Assembly (NCBI RefSeq): GCF_002197845.1 | Contig: NZ_NIDE01000020.1 | Coordinates: 139,460-171,459, forward strand | DNA length: 32,000 nucleotides | Reading direction: 5' to 3' | Source of the DNA: Fimbriiglobus ruber | Lineage (GTDB): Bacteria > Planctomycetota > Planctomycetia > Gemmatales > Gemmataceae | Part shown: positions 24,146 to 30,180 of the stretch, one piece after another | Layout: every line of letters begins with the position of its first letter | How positions within the stretch are numbered: the first letter of the stretch is position 1 | Made by a program: the position numbers and the translations under genes | The notes under the pieces: generated by a model | Told to the model about the DNA's origin: nothing | Seen by the model: only the letters and a program-made list of their open reading frames with translations | The model's database searches: none

Positions 24146-24366
24146 CAGGGGCACACGTGTTGAGGAATAAAAAAGTGCCCCGCCAAAGCGCCCATCGCGA
24201 ACACGAACGTAATGAGCAGCCACAGTTTGCGACTACTCCAAGCCATGATCTGGTAGGAAATCGTTGCGTTGTTCCCCCAGATCCGGTACGCGAGGTAGTC
24301 GTACAGGAGGATCGCGGGGGCCGCGAGGACGATCAGGATTAGGGTCAGAGTTTCGCCGGTGTTCAT
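24145..24366 (-). CDS. Holin-like protein with two transmembrane helices (73 aa)
   Basis: GAGAGG upstream of the ATG. TM1 is LTLILIVLAAPAILLYDYLAY and TM2 is LWLLITFVFAMGALAGHFF. It lies directly after the tail-fibre genes, the usual holin position. Confidence 0.6.
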   Translation of the reverse strand: MNTGETLTLILIVLAAPAILLYDYLAYRIWGNNATISYQIMAWSSRKLWLLITFVFAMGALAGHFFIPQHVCP

Positions 24367-24376
24367 GTGATACCTC

Positions 24377-24904
24377 TCATGTCGTCAGGGGATCGCCTGC
24401 CCCGGCCGCCAACAGCCCGAGCGTGGTGGTGACGATCGTGGCCTGGTCGAGCCTTGCTCCGCACTGAGCGGCCACGGTCGCGGGGTCGGTCGCACCGGCG
24501 ATGCCGCCCGGTCCGCGGTTCGCTGCAATTTGGGCGGTGATCGCAGCGGCAGTGGGCATGGCCACGTTGGCCGCCGCCGCGATCAATTGGAGGGTCGCCC
24601 AGAGCCCTTCGGCCACGTCGTTCACCCGGTAGTGGAGGGCCGCGTCCCCGGCCCTGGCCCCCGTTGCGGTCGGTGAGACGCCGCCGAGCATGTCCGCCTG
24701 GGCCGACTGCGTTAGCCACGTCGTCGTTGCCGCGGTCAAGTCGCCGACCGTGTCCGGCAGCGGTCCGCCGATCTGGGGCGGCGGCCCCGACCAATAAAAT
24801 ACCTGATACCCGGGGTACAAAGCCGGGTTAACGGTGGTGTCATCGTGAGTCGCAAATATGCTCCCCGTAACGCCGTCCGCGTTGATGGACGCGACAATTT
24901 GCAT
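24377..24904 (-). CDS. Hypothetical protein adjacent to the tail fibres (175 aa)
   Basis: The ATG at 24904 overlaps the upstream stop (TGATG). Ala/Thr/Gly-rich. Its position suggests a fibre accessory or assembly role, but I recognised no motif. Confidence 0.6.
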   Translation of the reverse strand: MQIVASINADGVTGSIFATHDDTTVNPALYPGYQVFYWSGPPPQIGGPLPDTVGDLTAATTTWLTQSAQADMLGGVSPTATGARAGDAALHYRVNDVAEGLWATLQLIAAAANVAMPTAAAITAQIAANRGPGGIAGATDPATVAAQCGARLDQATIVTTTLGLLAAGAGDPLTT

Positions 24905-26604
24905 CACAGTGCCCGGAAGTTCGTGAGTTTCGGGTAAGCCGTGTACGACCCGCTGCCGAGGTAGTACCACCCGCACCCGGCCGACAGCAGCGTGTTCGCG
25001 TAGGTCGAGTCAGTGGCTGTTATGATCGTGGTCCCGTCGAGCTGGACCGTGATAGATGAACCCAACATGATCACGGTCAGAGTGTGTGTGGCGCTCGCGG
25101 CCCACGAGAAGGTGTAGGCGGTCCCGAGTACCGTCGCCGCGTTGGACACGAACTTTTGTAGGGTGACTTTCCCCGTGTTCGTGTCATAGGCCACCTGATA
25201 CCCGTTCTGGTTGATCGTGCCGGTCCCGAGGCGAGTCCAGATCTCGCCGGCCCAACTGCCCGACGCCGGGGCCGTAAAGTCGCATGAAATCGTGTAATCG
25301 CCCTTCCCCAGGTTCATGTAGCAGATCGTGTTGCCGCTACTCGCCCCGGCTTGAATCAGAGCGTTACCACTAATCTGTCCAGTCCCGCCGACGATTGACC
25401 ACGCCGGCCCCCACGTAGGGGTGTGAGCGGTGATATTCGTACTCGTGGTGTCGATAAAAGCGTCATACGCCGTCATCCCGTTGAACCCGGGACCAGACAC
25501 TAAAGCGCCATAGTTACTAACGATACCGAGCGGCGGACTGAACAGTGCCGTGTTGCCGACATTGACGGCGGTCAATGGGTAGGTACACGCTGCTACGGTG
25601 ACTTTGGCTCCCTGTTGCGACAATACGACCTGAGAATTCCCGTAGAACTGGACCGCTTGAAGTAACGCTTCCCCGCCATACGCCGCACTGACCGCGGCCG
25701 AGGTGCAGTAGGTAATGAGGCCGCCGAAAAGCTGGACGTGGCCCATGCCGGCCGTCAGGTCGATTCCAGCCCCGCAGGCGCTGATACTGAGTCCGGTATT
25801 TGATGAAAAAAAGAATCCGGGTCCATACGTCCGGACTCCGATCGTACACCCGGTGATAGAAATGGTCCCGGAGGTGTTGAGTTCGCCGTCCCCGATTTGG
25901 GCGCCGGTCGTGAGGTTTTCAATCGTGCATGCCGTTATTGTCGTTCGGGACCGTCCCGTCTGGTTGATGCCGGTCTGACCATTGATCGTCGTGCCGTTAA
26001 TTGTGAGATTGGAAACCGTCAATCTCACGTTGTCGGCCGCCACGGTGATGCAAGTGGCCGACGCCGCAACAGTCAATATTGTACTGCTGCCATTAATAAT
26101 CAGACTGCCGCTTTGCGGTCCATTGATCGTGACCGCCGTGTTGGCGAAAGTCTGACTCGCCAGAGCCAGCGTCACGCTATTCGTCGGCGCGACTTCGCAA
26201 TCTCGACAGAATAGTAACGCGTTGGCGATCGTCGTGAACCGGGACGACGTGCCGACCGCCAGGGATACGTTGGCCGCGACGAACCACAGTTTCCAGTACG
26301 TGTAGGCGTCGGTCGTCGGGTCGTTACCCGTGGTCGAGGCGATGCACTGGTAGTAGTTCCCGTCACTCCCGATGACGACGGCTCCGGCCCCGTAGGTCGT
26401 CGTTGACAAGTAAGTTGCTAGACCGTCTTGCAACAGTGCGAACGTCCCGGCCTTGTCCGGGAGCGTAAATGTGCGAGCAGCCGTCAACCCTGTGGGGTCC
26501 ACCACAGCGAGCCCGAGTTCCAAAGCATCGGTGCCCGACTGGAACTCGTCCGACGCGAGAGTCGACGAGTCTCGGTAGAGCGGGCTGCGAGGGGTGCCGG
26601 CCAC
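24904..26604 (-). CDS. Tail fibre/tailspike with a parallel beta-helix middle part and a lectin-like C-terminal domain (566 aa)
   Basis: GTG at 26604. Repetitive T/S/G/N-rich rungs (LTVSNLTINGTTINGQTGINQTG..ITACTIENLTTGAQIG..ISITGCTIG...) are typical of pectate-lyase-like beta-helices. YYQCIASTTGNDPTTDAYTYWKLW is a fibre-type motif. The C-terminal ~180 aa is a beta-sandwich-like sequence. Confidence 0.8.
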   Translation of the reverse strand: MAGTPRSPLYRDSSTLASDEFQSGTDALELGLAVVDPTGLTAARTFTLPDKAGTFALLQDGLATYLSTTTYGAGAVVIGSDGNYYQCIASTTGNDPTTDAYTYWKLWFVAANVSLAVGTSSRFTTIANALLFCRDCEVAPTNSVTLALASQTFANTAVTINGPQSGSLIINGSSTILTVAASATCITVAADNVRLTVSNLTINGTTINGQTGINQTGRSRTTITACTIENLTTGAQIGDGELNTSGTISITGCTIGVRTYGPGFFFSSNTGLSISACGAGIDLTAGMGHVQLFGGLITYCTSAAVSAAYGGEALLQAVQFYGNSQVVLSQQGAKVTVAACTYPLTAVNVGNTALFSPPLGIVSNYGALVSGPGFNGMTAYDAFIDTTSTNITAHTPTWGPAWSIVGGTGQISGNALIQAGASSGNTICYMNLGKGDYTISCDFTAPASGSWAGEIWTRLGTGTINQNGYQVAYDTNTGKVTLQKFVSNAATVLGTAYTFSWAASATHTLTVIMLGSSITVQLDGTTIITATDSTYANTLLSAGCGWYYLGSGSYTAYPKLTNFRAL

Positions 26605-26608
26605 TTAA

Positions 26609-27235
26609 TCACCCCGCCGTCTTGATCGGCGTTTGTGGCTGGAACTGGACCTGCGTTGCAGAGAGGGCCACGCCCAACACCTGGGCCGTCTGCCCCGCGG
26701 TGTACGTCGGGATCGTGGTGGTCCCCACCCCAGCCGTGGCATTCGAGAGGACAACCGTGCTCCCGGGCGTCATCCCGGACACGTTCGAGTTGATCCCGCT
26801 CATGTAGATCGTGTTGGCGGCCGGCGACGTCGACGCTGTAGTAACGTAGCCGTGTGCCCATTTCCCGTTCGTCGTCCCGTCCGCTTTCTGGATTGTCGCG
26901 ACCCCGGAATTGCTCCAGACATGAACCCACGCCCCGGCCGCCAGAGTGTCCGACGTGGGCAACGAAATCGTGTCCGGTCCGACGCCAGTCGGGAGGACGG
27001 TAACGTCGAGTTGGCCCCCGGAATTCAGTAACGGGATCTTTCCCGAACTCCCCGCGCCGGCACTGACAATCGTCGTGTTGAGCAGCGACGTGTCGACCTG
27101 GGCCGACGAATTTAGGGCGACGGGATTGCCAGCTACGGCCTGGGTGTCTGTCGACAATTGGGCCGGGCGAATGTCGTCCAAAATCCCGGTCGTCGGGTCT
27201 CGCCCGGCGAGCATGGTTGCCGTGGAGCTTGACAT
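26609..27235 (-). CDS. Tail-fibre protein (208 aa)
   Basis: GSSGKIPLLNSGGQLDVTVLP is the common fibre N-terminal motif (G.ip.Ln..G.ld...lP). The rest is T/S/A/G-rich. Confidence 0.75.
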   Translation of the reverse strand: MSSSTATMLAGRDPTTGILDDIRPAQLSTDTQAVAGNPVALNSSAQVDTSLLNTTIVSAGAGSSGKIPLLNSGGQLDVTVLPTGVGPDTISLPTSDTLAAGAWVHVWSNSGVATIQKADGTTNGKWAHGYVTTASTSPAANTIYMSGINSNVSGMTPGSTVVLSNATAGVGTTTIPTYTAGQTAQVLGVALSATQVQFQPQTPIKTAG

Positions 27236-27238
27236 TAT

Positions 27239-27799
27239 TTACACCGCGAGGGTTATTGGGGGTTGTGGGTCTATGAACACCGTCTGGGCACCGATTGCGT
27301 ATCCAACAACGAGCGAAAACACGGATGACGGAGCAGTCGGCGGGCTCTGGGTCAACGCCCCTGCCACACCCAGAAAGACTGGACCTAGAGACCAATTCCA
27401 ACTCGGCTCCGTGACAGGTCCGTAAGCCGTCACGTTCACGGTTTCTCCCATGGCCGCCGCACTCGCCGATAACCCGTATGCTTGCGAAAGACTCCCGGTC
27501 TGAGTCGCGTCGGCGTAGACCAAGCCGGTGGCAGTAAGCCGAACAACTCGTTGCCCCCCGATATCGACGGCCGCAATCGCGGTGTACCCGTTCGATCCAC
27601 CTTGCGGGCCGACGGGTCCCTGCTTCCCCTGCGGCCCCTGTCTCCCCGGAGCCAATACATACCTCGGGTCGCTGCGCACCACGACCGCCGGCCCGGCCAC
27701 AACAATCGCATTCTGCGGGGCAGCCGACTCGATCGACTCTTGCGCCACGCCCGCGATCACTTGCGGCTGCTCCTCCGCAATCAGTTCGGGGCCGCTCAT
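27239..27799 (-). CDS. Collagen-like-repeat tail-fibre protein (186 aa)
   Basis: A G-x-y run, GRQGPQGKQGPVGPQGG, is followed by a fibre-like C-terminal domain. ATGA-coupled start at 27796-27799. Confidence 0.75.
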   Translation of the reverse strand: MSGPELIAEEQPQVIAGVAQESIESAAPQNAIVVAGPAVVVRSDPRYVLAPGRQGPQGKQGPVGPQGGSNGYTAIAAVDIGGQRVVRLTATGLVYADATQTGSLSQAYGLSASAAAMGETVNVTAYGPVTEPSWNWSLGPVFLGVAGALTQSPPTAPSSVFSLVVGYAIGAQTVFIDPQPPITLAV

Positions 27800-28203
27800 G
27801 GGGGTGCGATCCTCCCCCGGAACGCCGTCATGGACCCATACGCCAACGGGGTCGCCGTCCCTAGCGGGTCAATCGTGTTGAGGGACGGGTTGTAGATGTT
27901 GAGTTGGTACGTCAGCACGACGCACGTCTGCCCAGCCGCCAAGAGCCCACCTGTCTGGATGCCCCACGTCGTGGCTTGCGCGACCGTCCAGTTAATCGCC
28001 CCCGTCGATCCGAGGGTCGCGATGGTCGGCGGGTCTGTTTCGGTCGACAGCGTGAATACGGTGCCACCGCCGCACGGGGCGATCGCCGTGAGGGTCGCCT
28101 TCCACCCCGTCAGGTCGATAGCATTGCCGTTCGGGTCGACGTAAATAACGCCGTCCTCGTACGTCCCGCCGCAAACGAACGAAGTGTCATACTCGACGGC
28201 CAC
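27796..28203 (-). CDS. Small beta-rich tail-associated protein (about 135 aa)
   Basis: GTG at 28203 with GAGGTG 6 nt upstream (alternatives 28209 and 28212). AVEYDTSFVCGGTYEDGVIYVDPNGNAIDLTGWKATLTA... The 372-aa ORF-track version overlaps the upstream gene in another frame. Confidence 0.6.
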   Translation of the reverse strand: MAVEYDTSFVCGGTYEDGVIYVDPNGNAIDLTGWKATLTAIAPCGGGTVFTLSTETDPPTIATLGSTGAINWTVAQATTWGIQTGGLLAAGQTCVVLTYQLNIYNPSLNTIDPLGTATPLAYGSMTAFRGRIAPP

Positions 28204-28249
28204 GGGCAACACCTCAGTTTGTGCCGGGAACGTGCCGCCCGTTCGGGAA

Positions 28250-28954
28250 CTACGCCGCCACCAACCGCCCCTCCTCCTCCACGTCAGCCGTCGAAGACGC
28301 GGCGCGACGATACACCAGCGGGGCGATCGGCTCGAATAGCCCCAGCCGGCGCCACACCGCGTAATGAGCCAATGCCGCTTCCTTGGAAATGAAGAGGCTG
28401 CACGGCACCGGCTGGACCGCGCGGGAATACCGCCCGTGCTCCCCCCGCGGGTGGTCCAACGGCTGATACCCCCGAGAGACGGGCGGCAGTACGACTTGCG
28501 GCACCCCCCAGACATGAGCCACCAGCCGGAAGCCCCGCTTCGCCAGAACCTTCCGGCCCCGCTCATTGCAAACCACAACATCCGGGTTACCCCGCACCCG
28601 TTGAATCTCGTAGGTGCAGATCTCCCGGCCCCGATACACGGCCACCCAGTTCGGCCCGTAGTGATACCGGCACCAAAGGACGAGGGCATTGACGGCCGCG
28701 ATAACGCTGGGGTAAGTGCCGAACTTCTTCTTGGTGAAAGGGTCGGCCACGCGGAAGGTGGTGCCCTCCGGACGCCGGTAGATGTGGTGGTATCCGATGT
28801 CCGCAATGGGATCTGAGTTGCGGAACTCGTCCCGCTCGGCCTGCGTGATGCGTGCGTTGCCTGAGTGAGCCAATGAATACGACGACACGTCCGCACCCCC
28901 GTGATAGAATTCACGTGAGGCGGTTGCGTTGGGCCGGGGGAACTTGTCCGGCAA
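28250..28954 (-). CDS. Hypothetical protein with two AP2-like DNA-binding-domain patterns (234 aa)
   Basis: TTG at 28954 with GGGGGAGAG upstream. GYHHIYRRPEGTTFRV...KKKFGTYPSVIAAVNALVLWCRYHYG and a second ...SLFISKEAALAHYAVWRRLG loosely fit the AP2 pattern Y.GV....f.a.......LG.f.t.eeAa.aY. This is a weak call. Confidence 0.6.
   Translation of the reverse strand: MPDKFPRPNATASREFYHGGADVSSYSLAHSGNARITQAERDEFRNSDPIADIGYHHIYRRPEGTTFRVADPFTKKKFGTYPSVIAAVNALVLWCRYHYGPNWVAVYRGREICTYEIQRVRGNPDVVVCNERGRKVLAKRGFRLVAHVWGVPQVVLPPVSRGYQPLDHPRGEHGRYSRAVQPVPCSLFISKEAALAHYAVWRRLGLFEPIAPLVYRRAASSTADVEEEGRLVAA
28855..28867 (-). promoter_or_regulatory. Third copy of the 13-mer CACTCAGGCAACG, inside the 5' part of CDS 28250-28954, with no TAGART hexamer
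   Basis: An exact 13/13 match on the same strand as the other two copies. It is followed by CACGCATC-ACGCAG rather than N8-TAGART. Confidence 0.3.
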
Positions 28955-29008
28955 AGACTCTCCCCCGGCCTCTCTTCTTGTCCCGTGATTATGTTTGCGA
29001 GGTGGGAA

Positions 29009-29617
29009 CTACCGCTCCCCGTCGTCCGTCATGTGCTCCCTGAGCATCCCCACCGCCTCGCCCATCAACTGATCCACTCGCCCCTGCGTCAGTCCCATGA
29101 TCGTCGCCGTCGTCTTCTTGCTGGCCGGGTCGCCACCGATGCCGGCCCGCAGTTTCACGACCGTTCGATGCGGCTCCGGGAGATATCGAACTGCCTCGCG
29201 CAACTGAACCATCTCCCCCGCCGCGTCCAGCTCCGCTTCGCCGCTCGCCCGCTGGTCGGCTAGCCCTTCCCACCCGTCGTCGTCGTCCTTCGTCTCGACA
29301 AACTGTTTGCCTGTTCGATCGTAGAACCTGACCAGTTCGACGATGGCCCCGCGGATAAACTTTGCCGCGTAGGTGTCGACCGTCTCGCCCCACCCCGGCT
29401 GCCAAGTCGCCGCCGCCTCGCACACCGCCTGAAGCACCGCCGCATTGACTTCGTCCCGCCGAAAGTGCCAGTGCGGGGCGTAGACCATTGCCGCGACCTT
29501 GGGTGCCAGCATCTTCAGAATGGCCAGCGGCTCGGGATAGCGGCGGTAGAAGTCCAAGACGAGCTGTTGCTGGTGCTCGCTGAGGGTCGGCGTGGGGCGT
29601 GGCGGGGGCGTGTCCAC
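29009..29617 (-). CDS. Sigma-70-family (ECF-like, regions 2 and 4) RNA polymerase sigma factor (202 aa)
   Basis: Region-2-like VNAAVLQAVCEAAATW...TYAAKFIRGAIVELVRF. Region-4 LPEPHRTVVKLRAGIGG...TTATIMGLTQGRVDQLMGEAVGMLREHM (HTH). GTG start at 29617. Confidence 0.8.
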   Translation of the reverse strand: MDTPPPRPTPTLSEHQQQLVLDFYRRYPEPLAILKMLAPKVAAMVYAPHWHFRRDEVNAAVLQAVCEAAATWQPGWGETVDTYAAKFIRGAIVELVRFYDRTGKQFVETKDDDDGWEGLADQRASGEAELDAAGEMVQLREAVRYLPEPHRTVVKLRAGIGGDPASKKTTATIMGLTQGRVDQLMGEAVGMLREHMTDDGER

Positions 29618-29661
29618 CAGTGGGTGGGACTCCGGACGGGGATAGTTTCGCGTGTTGGTGG

Positions 29662-29688
29662 ATTCTAGCGTGGGGCGTTGCCTGAGTG
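29662..29688 (-). promoter_or_regulatory. Candidate promoter CACTCAGGCAACG-N8-TAGAAT (read on the minus strand), 44 nt upstream of the sigma-factor start
   Basis: The motif lies at 29676-29688 and the hexamer at 29662-29667, in the 76-bp intergenic region upstream of 29617. Confidence 0.5.
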
Positions 29689-29693
29689 GCTAA

Positions 29694-30077
29694 TCAATCT
29701 TTCGTCCATCCTGCAATCTCGGCTTCGAGTCGCCTTGTTATCGCGTCCCGCTCACTCTCGGGCGTGACCATCTGGATTCGCAAAATCAGGTTCCGCGCGA
29801 CCCGCTCCTCCAACGTCGCCCCGGGGTAGTAGTTGTAAACCGAGTCCGGCACGGCCGGCGGGACGGCGTTGAGTAACCGCATTTCGCGGACGCCTTCCGC
29901 CAACGTCAGGTGCCCGGCGCGAACATCCTCGATCACTTTCGTCCGCGCGGGATCTTTGGCCACGAGCGGCGACGGCGGATGAGTGGGCTCTGTGTCGACC
30001 CCGTTGCCGCCGGGAGGAGGGCAGGAGTTCACGACCGCTACCAGAACGACGGCCACCACGATCAGTACGCTGGCCAT
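29694..30077 (-). CDS. Membrane-anchored or lipoprotein-like protein (127 aa)
   Basis: ATG at 30077. MASVLIVVAVVLVAVVNSCPPPGG is a hydrophobic leader ending in Cys (non-canonical lipobox). The ORF-track start is 30137. Confidence 0.6.
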   Translation of the reverse strand: MASVLIVVAVVLVAVVNSCPPPGGNGVDTEPTHPPSPLVAKDPARTKVIEDVRAGHLTLAEGVREMRLLNAVPPAVPDSVYNYYPGATLEERVARNLILRIQMVTPESERDAITRRLEAEIAGWTKD

Positions 30078-30180
30078 CCTCACGCCGTTGGTAGTCACGT
30101 TCGGGCCTGCCGGGGCGAAACTACGGTGCAAACACACCCAGATATTCGCCGCCGGTAGGTGGACATTTGGATCTGCCAGT

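Noticed and set aside
24377-27799. A diversity-generating retroelement or an invertible (shufflon-type) tail-fibre segment
   Set aside because: There is no reverse transcriptase and no invertase near the fibre genes, and I saw no template/variable repeat pair or flanking inverted repeats.
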